Source: Octopus bimaculoides (lineage: Eukaryota). Taken from it: a stretch of 64,000 nucleotides of DNA. The stretch is from NCBI RefSeq assembly GCF_001194135.2, contig NC_069001.1, positions 34,883,979-34,947,978 of the forward strand, in the 5' to 3' direction. The position numbers and the translations under genes were made by a program. This document shows positions 37,616 through 51,195 of this stretch, piece by piece (positions within the stretch are counted from its first letter, which is position 1; each line of letters begins with the position of its first letter). The notes under the pieces are model-generated. The model was not told the origin of the DNA and did not search any database. It worked only from the letters and a program-made list of their open reading frames with translations.

Positions 37616-39408
37616 GTCCTGCAACAGACTGGCATTTTATTCAGAGAGAATATTGTGGTCTCGTTCACCTATAAGTCGTGGAACCTGGTAACCACCCTTC
37701 AGTCCTAGGGCTCCAAAAAAATATATAGATANNNNNNNNNNNNNNNNNNNNNNNNNNNNNNNNNNNNNNNNNNNNNNNNNNNNNNNNNNNNNNNNNNNNN
37801 NNNNNNNNNNNNNNNNNNNNNNNNNNNNNNNNNNNNNNNNNNNNNNNNNNNNNNNNNNNNNNNNNNNNNNNNNNNNNNNNNNNNNNNNNNNNNNNNNNNN
37901 NNNNNNNNNNNNNNNNNNNNNNNNNNNNNNNNNNNNNNNNNNNNNNNNNNNNNNNNNNNNNNNNNNNNNNNNNNNNNNNNNNNNNNNNNNNNNNNNNNNN
38001 NNNNNNNNNNNNNNNNNNNNNNNNNNNNNNNNNNNNNNNNNNNNNNNNNNNNNNNNNNNNNNNNNNNNNNNNNNNNNNNNNNNNNNNNNNNNNNNNNNNN
38101 NNNNNNNNNNNNNNNNNNNNNNNNNNNNNNNNNNNNNNNNNNNNNNNNNNNNNNNNNNNNNNTATTAAGATATTTAAAAAGAAGTGTGTTATTAAGAATT
38201 AAACGGTGTTTTTTCTTTTTTCTTTTTTTTTCATACGATTTGTAGAAACTTTGTCAGCGCGTGAACTGCGGACGTCTGCTTTTCCATACATGCAGAATTT
38301 ATTCCGCAGAATTCTGTTTTAAGTATCCTATATAACACCACAATTGTTTTCATTTTTTGGAATTTTCAGAAAATATTTGCGTATCTGTGTTCTACACACA
38401 GGAATTATGACAAACAAAAAACAATTAAAAAAATTTTTTTAAACCCCTTCCCCCACATAAATCCTTCGTATGGCCTTCGTCTCCCAAATTCACACACCAG
38501 GCATTGGTCAGCTACAGTAGAAGACTCTTGCCCACGATGCCGCACTGTGGTATCGAACCCGAAACCGACAGGTTGCGAAGCGAACATCGTAACCCACACA
38601 GCCGAGTGTTACTGCTTATGAAGTGTAAGAGACATTATATGAAGCATAAGTTAAAACACGAGTGAAAAAAAGGTCCTTAACAGATAAAACGAAACCCTTA
38701 GATTAGAATGTTAGAGGAATTTCAATTCGACCTGGAGGGATGGGGTTTACACTAGCAGGGAGCTTTATTTAGCTGGGTAGTCGGTCAGTGAAACAAGATG
38801 TCAACTAATTTCATACGCCTTTCTTTGAATCAGTTTAATCCACTTGGATTTACGTGTAAGCTCTTTTCTATGAATCATTATAAATAGAAAATTTATTAAA
38901 CATTACGTAGTTTCAATGTTGTGAAGGCCGATTATAAATGCTTTGAGGTGGTTTGCCATGTACGTACGTCCTATTTGCCTTTTTACTTTGGAAAAAAAAA
39001 TATTGCCCGCATCCACAGCTACGAAGGATCAATTGTAGTAAGGAGCCACTACATGATCGCTCTCTGTGCTAGAAACAACAGCTGAATATATGAAAGTCAC
39101 ACAAATACCGTCTTTTAAGAAAAAAAAAGCCACATTTGATATGATATAATGTGATTCTAAGAAGATAAAACTAGATGACGATAGCTGGAACACTTCACCC
39201 TCAGGGGGACACGCAGATACAGACACAACAACTTCCAGAACGGTGAAGCTCCGGAACATTTTTTTCAATTCGTTCTAATTTAAATTAATAAGGTGTCTGT
39301 GTTTCATTTAATCATTTAAATAAATTTAATATTTGTGTAATTTAGAGAGTGCGTCGACCAAATCCGGAAAGGTTCCTGAAAATCAATGTTATATATATTA
39401 TTTTATTA

Positions 39409-39780
39409 TTTTACTTGTTTCAGTCATTTGACTGCGGCCATGCTGGAGCACCGCCTTTTAGTCGAACAAGTCGACCCCAGGCCTTATTCTTTGTAAGCCT
39501 AATACTTATTTTATCGGTCTCTTTTGCTGACCCGCTAGGCGATGGGAACATAAACACACCAGCATCGGTTGTCAAGCGATGGTGTGGACACACACACACA
39601 TATATATATACACGACGGGCTTCTTTCAGTTTCCATCTACCAAATCCAAACAAATCTACCCACAAAGCTTTGGTCGGCCTGAGGCTATAGTAGTAGCTGC
39701 TTACCCAAGGTGCCACGCAGTGGGACTGAACTCGGAACCATGTGGTTGGTAAGCAAGCTACATACCACACTGCCATTCCT
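39409..39780 (-). mobile_element. Near full-length SINE family B
   Basis: Complete tail-core-head order in reverse complement. Confidence 0.92.
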
Positions 39781-41747
39781 GCGCGCGCATATATATATAN
39801 NNNNNNNNNNNNNNNNNNNNNNNNNNNNNNNNNNNNNNNNNNNNNNNNNNNNNNNNNNNNNNNNNNNNNNNNNNNNNNNNNNNNNNNNNNNNNNNNNNNN
39901 NNNNNNNNNNNNNNNNNNNNNNNNNNNNNNNNNNNNNNNNNNNNNNNNNNNNNNNNNNNNNNNNNNNNNNNNNNNNNNNNNNNNNNNNNNNNNNNNNNNN
40001 NNNNNNNNNNNNNNNNNNNNNNNNNNNNNNNNNNNNNNNNNNNNNNNNNNNNNNNNNNNNNNNNNNNNNNNNNNNNNNNNNNNNNNNNNNNNNNNNNNNN
40101 NNNNNNNNNNNNNNNNNNNNNNNNNNNNNNNNNTATATATATTAGACGCACTGTGTATTTGCTTATTTAGACAGATTCGTTTCTGATTTAAGAGTCTTAG
40201 CAACAATCAATGGCCTCTCGTTATGCTCATGTACTTGAGTACACACAAGTTTCGTATATTCTTAGTCATCGATTTTTATATACAATTTACACACACACAC
40301 ATTCGCACCCGCTCTATTTCTAAGAACTCTTACACAATTCACATTCACCTGTTTTAACGATGGGAGTATTAAACGAAAGTTTCTTAGTGCAATCATCGTT
40401 ATTATTATTGTAGTTATTATTATTATTATTATTATTATTAGTTGTGGCAGTAGTAGTAGTAGTAGTAGTAGTAGTCGTTGCTGTTGTTGTTGATGAACTA
40501 GTGAGTTGTCATCAAAGACTGTTTTGATTTTACTTGTGAAATAAAATTTCCTGCCAATAACGTCTGGTTAATGAAATAATTCCTTCGCAATCGTTTTTCT
40601 TGGAACAATAAATGTTGTCTGACCGTGCGGCAGATTTCGAGGAGGCGTAAAAGAAAAACAAAAGACAAAAAAAAAAAAGAAAAGGTTAAGCAAAAAAAAC
40701 AAAACACGGAAGGTTTAATTCTTGAAGCGAGCGAAAGCCGTCATCCTCGTTTGTCTCCAAACCAAATGCCTAAACGAGTGACAATTATGTTATAATTCCA
40801 ATGAATTAACCAAGCTATCGGCATTCTCTCTCTCCCTCTCCGTCCGTCTCCCATTTTGGGGCGGCAGGGCACGGCTGTGCGGTTAAGAAGCTCGTTTGAC
40901 AGTCGCATGGTTTCGGGTTCGGTCCCATTGCACGATTCCTTGGGCAAGTGTCTTTTCCAACACCCCCTGGACGNNNNNNNNNNNNNNNNNNNNNNNNNNN
41001 NNNNNNNNNNNNNNNNNNNNNNNNNNNNNNNNNNNNNNNNNNNNNNNNNNNNNNNNNNNNNNNNNNNNNNNNNNNNNNNNNNNNNNNNNNNNNNNNNNNN
41101 NNNNNNNNNNNNNNNNNNNNNNNNNNNNNNNNNNNNNNNNNNNNNNNNNNNNNNNNNNNNNNNNNNNNNNNNNNNNNNNNNNNNNNNNNNNNNNNNNNNN
41201 NNNNNNNNNNNNNNNNNNNNNNNNNNNNNNNNNNNNNNNNNNNNNNNNNNNNNNNNNNNNNNNNNNNNNNNNNNNNNNNNNNNNNNNNNNNNNNNNNNNN
41301 NNNNNNNNNNNNNNNNNNNNNNNNNNNNNNNNNNNNNNNNNNNNNNNNNNNNNNNNNNNNNNNNNNNNNNNNNNNNNNNNNNNNNNNNNNNNNNNNNNNN
41401 NNNNNNNNNNNNNNNNNNNNNNNNNNNNNNNNNNNNNNNNNNNNNNNNNNNNNNNNNNNNNNNNNNNNNNNNNNNNNNNNNNNNNNNNNNNNNNNNNNNN
41501 NNNNNNNNNNNNNNNNNNNNNNNNNNNNNNNNNNNNNNNNNNNNNNNNNNNNNNNNNNNNNNNNNNNNNNNNNNNNNNNNNNNNNNNNNNNNNNNNNNNN
41601 NNNNNNNNNNNNNNNNNNNNNNNNNNNNNNNNNNNNNNNNNNNNNNNNNNNNNNNNNNNNNNNNNNNNNNNNNNNNNNNNNNNNNNNNNNNNNNNNNNNN
41701 NNNNNNNNNNTGTCTGAATAATTTATGAGCCGACTCCCCCATTTTGT

Positions 41748-41778
<31 letters not shown>

Positions 41779-43157
41779 GTCTTCGAAACGTCTGGATAGA
41801 ATAGAGACAGCTGATGAAGGGATATTCCAAGGGGCTTTCCGTTTTCCTATGTGTTCGTTCCGTTGTCTGTAGTTTATTGTTCTAACGTCCTGTACCCTGA
41901 TATGCATGTATATACACATGTAGATGTAAGTATGTACATATATGTGTGTATACATGTATATATATTCTTTGTATTATTATATATGTATATATCTATACAC
42001 ACACACACACACACATCTTATGCGATTACAATTGTTCCGCACTACCAGTATATTGAACTCTCTACACTTCCTTATATATCGAAGAAAAATGCTTTGAAGA
42101 TAATCCAGTTTCTTTCGACCGGTCTCCATAGATACGCGCGTGCCTGTGTGTGTGTGATTTCCCACTCATTCTCTACGTGGCTGTTTCCCTCTTTCTGTCG
42201 TTATATACTAATGTCCACCCCGTGCACGCTTTATATCACTAAATCATTCGTCTCGACGATGGAGCTTCTACGTGGTCGCTTGCTGTACTAGAAATAGTAA
42301 TCAAGTCTTCATCGAATCGCACCTCCTAGCGTCTTAAATAAACGTTATAATGTTCTCCTTAGTTCCCTGTAAATAATAATAATAATAATAAATCGATGGG
42401 ACGGTCACTGCTGGAAGGCTTTTGATCGTAAGTCTTCTTGGTCAGGTCTATCTTTGTGCTAAACAACAACGGCAACGCGTCTCCTTCAACTTCTGTCAAA
42501 GTTTCTTTTCATGCTATCGATTTTTTCCCTCCTCTTAAAGCCATCTGACTAAATTTAATCCTGTCGTCTTTCTTCGCCACTTAAGTTTCCGCTTCTCTTA
42601 TTTGTGCCCTTATTTTTAATCGCCTGAAGTGTAGCAGTCCTTGTTAGTTACTTCTGACTGGTAATAATCTCTCTTTCTACACACACACACACACACACAC
42701 ACAATANNNNNNNNNNNNNNNNNNNNNNNNNNNNNNNNNNNNNNNNNNNNNNNNNNNNNNNNNNNNNNNNNNNNNNNNNNNNNNNNNNNNNNNNNNNNNN
42801 NNNNNNNNNNNNNNNNNNNNNNNNNNNNNNNNNNNNNNNNNNNNNNNNNNNNNNNNNNNNNNNNNNNNNNNNNNNNNNNNNNNNNNNNNNNNNNNNNNNN
42901 NNNNNNNNNNNNNNNNNNNNNNNNNNNNNNNNNNNNNNNNNNNNNNNNNNNNNNNNNNNNNNNNNNNNNNNNNNNNNNNNNNNNNNNNNNNNNNNNNNNN
43001 NNNNNNNNNNNNNNNNNNNNNNNNNNNNNNNNNNNNNNNNNNNNNNNNNNNNNNNNNNNNNNNNNNNNNNNNNNNNNNNNNNNNNNNNNNNNNNNNNNNN
43101 NNNNNNNNNNNNNNNNNNNNNNNNNNNNNNNNNNNNNNNNNNNNNNNNNNNNNNNNN

Positions 43158-43478
43158 CACAAGGCCAGTAATTTCGGGGAGGGGGTAAGTCGATTGCAGC
43201 GACTCCAGTACTCAGCTGGTACTTATTTTATCGACCCCCGAAAGGATGAAAGGTAAAATCGACCACGGCGGAATTTGAACTCGGAACGTCAAGATGAACG
43301 AAATTCTGCATAGCATTATGCCCGGCGTGCTAACGTTCTTATTTCTTTACTGCCCACAAGGGGCTAAACATAGAGGGGACAAACAAGGACAGACAAAAGG
43401 ATTAAGTCGATTATACCGACCCCAGTGCGTAACTGGTGCTTAATTTATCGACCTCGAAACGATGAAAGGCAAAGTCGC
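43158..43478 (-). mobile_element. Two tandem family A fragments with different tails
   Basis: 43158-43340 matches the 46183-46402 type; 43340-43478 matches the 4263-4390 type. Confidence 0.85.
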
Positions 43479-45252
43479 CCTGTGTTTGTTCTGATAATGC
43501 ATACACACGCGCGTAGATATATAGACATATATTATTATTATTATTATTATTACGCACATACATATGGCTATCTACACGTCAATCTATAGTCAAATTTCAC
43601 TAACAATGCATTTGGTCAACCGTGGGTTAAAATAGAAAATTAAAAATCACGCAATGGGACCGAACCCAGAACACCCACGACTGCTGATCGAATTTCTTGG
43701 AAATTACACCTTGACGTTTTTAATATACATATATGCAGTCTTTGTGTGTGTGTGTGTGCGTGTTCAAAATCCATTAGAGTGAATCATTTCTATGCTTTTA
43801 TATTTTTTTAGACAACGCAATGATGTTTTTTTAATGGGTTGGAGTTTTCGTGATTTCGGGTGGATCCGAAAATTTTCACGACGTATGAAAATATTGCGAT
43901 AAAAGGAATAGCGCTCAAAAGCTTTCTTACTTGTGTATGTTGTGACGTGTCTATGCACACACACACACACGTTTATTATATACATACTTGTCTGCAAATA
44001 TATATATCTATATATACGTATGTGCATATTTATACATTCACATGTGTGTATGTATGTATATGCATTTGGTACCTGTGTATAATAAGTGTCCATGACACCT
44101 TTTTATTATGCCAAGTTGTCCTGTAAGTTGGGTCATTAGTTAATATATATTAAGTCTGTATGTGGTATACATTCGTTTGTGTATGTATGTGTGTGTGTAC
44201 GTGCGAGAGAGAGAGAATGGGTTTGACTGTATTATCTCTTAACTTGGGTCTTTCAACGGATCTTTACAAGACCTCGTTCGTTTGTTCTTCAGTCTGATTT
44301 TATATACATCAACAACAGAAGACCCGCTGGAAATAGTAGCCACGATTTTCCCACAAAGAAAAATTAAAGGGAAACTTCTTCCGTGGTAAAAAGAAAAGGA
44401 AAAGAAAAATGCGACAGACTTGATCAGAGACTGAACTGGTGTCGTAAGTGCATTGTGTGACTTGGGTAAAAGGACGGTTAAGATCTCGGCCGGAATGTCT
44501 TTGATGATAAGTTTTCTTGATCAAGATTGACTTGGGGGCTAGTCAACAACAACAACAACAACAGCTATGAAATAGTTGATTGTTTAGTTCCTTGCATTCA
44601 TCGTTCACCTTTATTATATGAAGCGTTGTAATCTTTTATGTTAAACACACTGATACATACTCCAGTATGGCCTTAGTCGTTTGTGATGGTTAAAACAAAA
44701 TAACTGAAGAAAATACGTACACAAACAATATACTCTCGATTTACCGGACTAATAGAGGAGAAGGTTTGTTCATTAATGCCCTAACGTCCGTTTAATCGAA
44801 GTTACGAAGCCCGTTTTTGTTTTCTTTTGCCTTTTTTTTTTTTTTGATAAAAAAAAAAGAGAGAAACTGGCATAAATACAATATATATACGGCAGCACAA
44901 AACAATATAAAGTTATAATGACATGAACTTTTTATTTCCCTGTTGTTACACTGTATATAGTTCAAGAAGTGGCACGTCGTAATCATTATTTTTATTAATA
45001 TTCGCCCTGTTAACTTCGTTAGCACACACACGTATATATGTAGAGAGAAAGAGAGAAACGTATACCAACAACCATTATTATTATATGTCTATAAGTTTTT
45101 ATTACAAAGGTACTTCTCTCTCTCTATCTTTCTCTGTCCTTCACACACATTTAACCGAGGAAGAAAGAGAGAGAGAGAGAGAATGAATTAAAAACCTTTT
45201 AACCTGTCGAAAGTAAAAAGGAAGCCCTTCGCTGAACTCACACTTTCTCCAT

Positions 45253-45284
<32 letters not shown>

Positions 45285-45463
45285 CACTCAAATTTGAAAG
45301 AATAAACGTGTATATTCTCATACACGCACACATTATATGTATAATGTAGACATTCAACTATTGTGATCATATTGGGACAATCTGATAAAATTATCCGTGA
45401 TTGTAATAACCGAATTCGTAATATATATAACTGCCGAGAAATGAAAGTATTCGATTGATTGCC

Positions 45464-45520
<57 letters not shown>

Positions 45521-45855
45521 GCACACATGCATATATACATATATATATACATAGCCAAATCTCCGGGTACCTATGCAGAATTACCAAATATTATATCTTA
45601 CCGTGTGTGTGTGTGTGTGCGTGTATTAATATTATGTTACGTATTTGTGTTCGATCTCGCTGTGGCCCACACTGGCTTTTATAATCACTCAGAGGTGAAT
45701 TGAATTACATATCAAAAGTACCAGCAGCTAATGTGAACATCGATTCAAAATCAATACGTCTTTTTGTAACTGTAAATAAACAGCCTTGTGCCAATGTAAA
45801 CAAATCGATATTATCAAATCTCACACATTGCGCTCGGCTATTAAAGAACAACTTA

Positions 45856-45889
<34 letters not shown>

Positions 45890-45892
<3 letters not shown>

Positions 45893-46155
45893 CCTGTGCG
45901 TGTGGTTTAAGAAGCTTGTTCTGCAACCGGTCGGTTTCGGGTTCAGTTCCACTGTTCGTCACTTTTGGCAAGTGACTTCCACTGTAGTCCCCGGTTGACC
46001 ATTTCCTTGTAAATGAATTTGGTAGACGGAAAACTGTATGGAAGCCCGTCGTATATATGATATATATTGGTGCCTGTGTGTGTGTGTGTGTGTCCCCTCC
46101 CACCACTTTTCAACCGGCGTTGGTTTGTTTACGTCCTCATAAACATAGCGGTGCT
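45890..46155 (+). mobile_element. Diverged SINE family B
   Basis: GGGTTCAGTTCCACTG...TTGGCAAGTG...GGTAGACGGAAAACTGTATGGAAGCCCGTCG. Confidence 0.8.
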
Positions 46156-46182
46156 TAAAAATTTTTTAAAAATGATAATAAC

Positions 46183-46402
46183 AATCCTTTCTACTGAAGG
46201 CACAAGGCCATGAAATCTTGGGGCAGGAGACTAGTCGATTATATCGACCCCAGTGTTTCACTAATACTTAATTTATCGACCCCGAAAGGATGAAAGGTAA
46301 AGTCGACCTCGGCGGAATTTGAACTCAAAACGTAACTGCAGACAAAATATCGCTAAGCATTTTTACCCGGCGTGCTGACGATTCGGCCAGCTCGCTGCCT
46401 TA
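46183..46402 (-). mobile_element. Full-length SINE family A
   Basis: Reverse complement of 3388-3603. Confidence 0.9.
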
Positions 46403-46732
46403 ATAATAAGTCCTGCATTCTATTTGTTCATGGCGTTGCCCCAGCATGGCCACATTCAGATGACTGAAACAATTAAAAGATGAAAGACACACACACAGAT
46501 ATACATACATACACACAGACTCACAGACACGCATACATGACATGATTACACACATAGACAGATAATGATTAAATAAGAAGGGAAAAAGAAAACGGTGATT
46601 AATTAATTCATTACATCCGTTGCTTATTGTTTTAGCCGGTGCTAAATTAATGAGTACCATTTCTTCAGAAGGTGAACAATTTTATAAATGCTGAAGAATT
46701 TCATAGAAAGTATTTAAATATTGAGAAATGCC

Positions 46733-46769
<37 letters not shown>

Positions 46770-47073
46770 GCGTAGCCATATTGTCTACTTGATAACATCA
46801 AAGGCGCACATCAGAAGCAAATAATGCTATATATTTATTATGGACGTATGTGTGTTTGTATTTATGTGTGCATGTATGTATATACATATTTTTAAGTATT
46901 GTATATAAATATATATTTAATTACTCTTTGAAACGACTGGGTAATTTTATAAGCAATATTTACTTTAGTTGTAAAATTATCTATAAAAAAGTACAATGCG
47001 ACTTCGACAATATTGCGTCTTATTCCGTCTTTTCTGTTCGCGATTTGAACTCGGAATACGAATCGTATAGAAA

Positions 47074-47108
<35 letters not shown>

Positions 47109-47128
47109 AAACGGTTTTCTAAAAAATC

Positions 47129-47742
47129 TTTTACTTGTTTCAGTCATTAGACTGCGGCCATGCTGGGGCACCGCCTTGAAGAATTTTAGTCGAAAGAATC
47201 GACCCCAGTACTTCGTATTGTTTGTGTGTTTGTGTGTGTGTGTGTGTATGTGTGTGTGTGTGTGTGTGTGTGTAAAGCCTGGTACTTATTCTGTTGCTTT
47301 CTTTTGCCAAACTGCTAAGTTACAGAGACGTAAACACAGCGACATCGGTTGTCAAGCGGTGGTGATAGGATAAACACATACACAAAGACACACACACACA
47401 CAGGTATATATATATTAGCGTGAAAGAGAGATTTACAATATAGAATTGTGATAGGACCCTAGCATTGGGCCCTGCCGTAAGAATACTTGGGAGTTCTTCA
47501 TCAATCTAAATAATACTGTTAGCCTGGTGGGCCAACAGAGGGCTTATGGTGTATTTTGCCCGGATTGATAATCCCTCACTATTAGTTAATATACGCGACG
47601 GACTTTCAGTTTCCGTCTATCAAATCCACTCAAAACGCTTTGGTCGGTTTGGGGCTCTAATAAAAGACACTCGCCCAAGGTACCACGCAATGGGATTGAA
47701 CCCGGACTCGTCGTTAGGAAGCAATCTTCTTACCACACAGCC
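47129..47742 (-). mobile_element. SINE family B interrupted by about 190 bp of unrelated sequence
   Basis: Tail 47129-47400, insert about 47405-47590, core and head 47592-47742. Confidence 0.8.
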
Positions 47743-48121
47743 ACGCCTGTTTTTTCTTTTCCTTTTTTTTTTTAATGTCAAGTTTTAATAAAAACAATTT
47801 ACCATTAAATTGAAGAATTACTAGAAACTGTTTTGGTACTGTACATGTTTATATTAAACTTTAACAAGAAGGCGAGTGACTGTGACTTCGAAGTATCCGC
47901 CTGCTCGCCTTCATCGGACATGTGTGTGTGTGTTTATACGTTCGTATATCTGTGTGTGATTCTATATATGCTGCCTGGATACACAACTCAGGATTGCCCA
48001 GATGAATTTCCGAAAGCTAGCAAAAAATTCTTGCAAAGCAGCAGTGTGTGCTAGGAAATAAACCTCTCCAAAAATGAAAACTTCGGTAATAAATATTTAA
48101 AAAAAAAATACTGTGTGTATA

Positions 48122-48156
<35 letters not shown>

Positions 48157-48358
48157 NNNNNNNNNNNNNNNNNNNNNNNNNNNNNNNNNNNNNNNNNNNN
48201 NNNNNNNNNNNNNNNNNNNNNNNNNNNNNNNNNNNNNNNNNNNNNNNNNNNNNNNNNNNNNNNNNNNNNNNNNNNNNNNNNNNNNNNNNNNNNNNNNNNN
48301 NNNNNNNNNNNNNNNNNNNNNNNNNNNNNNNNNNNNNNNNNNNNNNNNNNNNNNNNNN

Positions 48359-48632
48359 CTGTGTGGTAAGTTAGCTTGCTTACCAACCACATGGTTCCGG
48401 GTTCAGTCCCACTGTGTGACACCTTGGGCAAATGTCTTCGGCCGACCGAAATGAGTGTGTGTGTGCCCTCACCATCGCTTGATAATCGATGCGGGTGTGT
48501 TTACGTCCCCGTAACTTAGCGTTTCGGCAAAAGAGACTAGGCTTACAAAGAATAAGTCCTGGGGTCGTTTTGTTCGACGAAAGGCGGTGCTCCAGCATGG
48601 CCGCAGTCAAATGACTGAAACAAATGAAAGAA
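48359..48632 (+). mobile_element. SINE family B with internal deletion
   Basis: Head CTGTGTGGTAAGTTAGC..., tail GGCGGTGCTCCAGCATGGCCGCAGTCAAATGACTGAAAC. Confidence 0.9.
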
Positions 48633-49221
48633 AGAAAAAAAAAGCGGTAGAAGCGAGCAGTCCTGAAAAGTAATCAAGTGATACCGCATGGCCGAATGGT
48701 TTAGGAAGTTAGTTGGCTTTTTAGTCATGCAGGTGCTAGGTTCGGGCCCTAGTTAACGGCTTCGTGGATGTATCTTGTTTTACTTTTTTTTTCTCATTGC
48801 CTCGAGTTACGTAACCCAGTGAGAAGACTTTGTTACAGCGTAACCGAATGATTAAGAAGTTAAATTTGATTTGCTGCGAGCGAAGGCCCTGAATTCGATC
48901 TCGTGTCTCGGTATCTGCAGTGTATCTGTTTTCCCCCTCCTCGCCCATGGCTTCCAGTCAACCTGAGCCTTGTGCGTTAAGATGGATACACGGAAACTAT
49001 GCGGAAGCCCGTCAGATTTGTTGCGTCTGTAATACAAAAGTCCAGTTTTGTCATAAGCTGTGCCACGCTGGTTCTACTTGAGAATTATGTTTAAGGTACA
49101 CTTTCTAATTGGAATAATACTCAGTCTCTTTCATGAGAAGAGCTGGTAGATTTATTGAACGAATATCTGAGCACTCAGCAACGAAACGGGTGAGGATCCA
49201 TTTATGTTCCAATATTCGTAA

Positions 49222-49320
<99 letters not shown>

Positions 49321-49751
49321 TTTAGATGGATAGATAGATTGATTGATTGATTGATTGATAAGATTACTCGATGGACAGAATGATAAACATATGCAGACGA
49401 TCATCCATTGGGCGATATCCAATGCAAGATAGATCGATATCGAATGTCTAATGATTGATTGATTGACTGATTGATCCAATTTGTAACTGGATTTCACAAC
49501 CTTGTTTTATCGAATCCATCAGCGATTTTTCTTTGAGGAGTGATAAATCGATAAGCGACAACTTCCGATTGATCTCTCCTTCCTATGACACAGCCCTTAC
49601 CATTACCACCCCATTGTGACTTTTAGCGATCAGAGGAATATGGCCATATGATAATGGACGTCACAATACGAAACGACATATTGTCGATGCGAAAGGATAT
49701 GAAGATCTGTGTCGCCTTACGCATTGATACGAAGAGCTTGGTGATACGAAG

Positions 49752-50141
49752 AGTTGTTGTTGGCACTCCGTCGCTTACGACGTCGAGGGTTCCACTTGAT
49801 CCGATCAACGGAACAGCCTGCTCGTGAAATTAACGTGCAAGTGGCTGAGCACTCCACAGACACGTGTACCCTTAACGTAGTTCTCAGAGATATTCAGCAT
49901 GACACAGTGTGACAAGGCTGACCCTTTGAATTACAGGCACAACAGAAACAGGAAGAAAGAGTGAGAGAAAGTTGTGGTGAAAGAGTACAGCAGGGTTCGC
50001 CACCATCCCCTGCCGAAGCCTCGTGGAGCTTTTAGGTGTTTTCGCTCAATAAACACTCACAACGTCCGGCCTGGGAATCGAAACCGCGATCCTATGACCG
50101 CGAGTCCGCTGCCCTAACCACTGGGCCATTGCGCCTCCACA
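49752..50141 (-). mobile_element. Full-length SINE family E with an 11-bp target-site duplication
   Basis: Minus-strand tRNA-like head (A box TGGCCCAGTGG, B box GGTTTCGATTCCC), (CAA)n tail, flanked by GTGATACGAAG at 49741-49751 and 50142-50152. Confidence 0.93.
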
Positions 50142-50814
50142 GTGATACGAAGCGACATGAAGTTATACAGTGTGGCACGAAGTGCTTCCACACTGTGGAT
50201 TAACCATACGAAGTAACGCATGATCACAATGATAACAATTAGGATGTCACTCTAGTTCTTCTGTCGAACTTTGGCCGGAGATGGAAGGACATTTATACAA
50301 CTCTCACGAGGAATCGCGGCCAGTTGGTACCGTTTTCGGCAGCATAATCCACGATATTTGCGATTGTTGCCCATGTTATCTCTGCGTAGTAAAGTTATTG
50401 GTTGTTGCTGTGTAATCCGAAATGAGTCCTGAACGAGTAGGCCTGTGGTCAAAGACGTTCCAACCAAAACACTGTTAAGCCAGTCGGGTATAACTCGAAG
50501 GAGATATGGCTATTGTTTTCAGCAGATACAAAGACGGATGAACGCCTTAATATGAAGTGTAGTTTGAAACTGATACGAAGATATGAAACAATGTTATGAG
50601 AGGTGATAGGAAAATGTACTCCCTGTGAGGCTGTTAGGATATGAGTTGAGGAAGATTTGGCTGTTATTTCTAGCGGGACGAATGATCAATTAGAAACTTC
50701 CTCGTTAATAATGCGAGGTGTTGCTAACAAACGCCGTTATACGAACGAATTATGGTTTGAGACTCTACATCGTGGTATGATGTGATACATAGTTATTTTG
50801 TTTCTTATTCTCTC

Positions 50815-51195
50815 TTGATTCTGGGTTCAAATTCCGCCTCGGATTTCGGACAGTCAGCTAAAATATCAAAATGCTTAGCAGTATTTCGTCGGCTTTGCCT
50901 TTCATCCTTTTGAGGTCGATAAAGTAAGTACCAGCGAAGCACNNNNNNNNNNNNNNNNNNNNNNNNNNNNNNNNNNNNNNNNNNNNNNNNNNNNNNNNNN
51001 NNNNNNNNNNNNNNNNNNNNNNNNNNNNNNNNNNNNNNNNNNNNNNNNNNNNNNNNNNNNNNNNNNNNNNNNNNNNNNNNNNNNNNGAGTTCAAATTCCG
51101 CCGAGGTCGACTTTGCCTTTCATCCTTTCGGGGCCGCGACTAGCCCCCTCCCCAAATATTTAAAGCTCTGTGCCTTAGGTAGATAGAAAGGATTA
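50815..51195 (+). mobile_element. Rearranged family A fragments around a gap
   Basis: GGGTTCAAATTCCGCC, GCTTTGCCTTTCATCC and TAAGTACCAG segments, partly out of order. Confidence 0.75.

Noticed and set aside
50060-50141. tRNA-like sequence with A and B boxes (also at 11506, 9865 and 48685-48910)
   Set aside because: These are SINE heads that continue into SINE bodies; I could not fold a complete cloverleaf with an acceptor stem.
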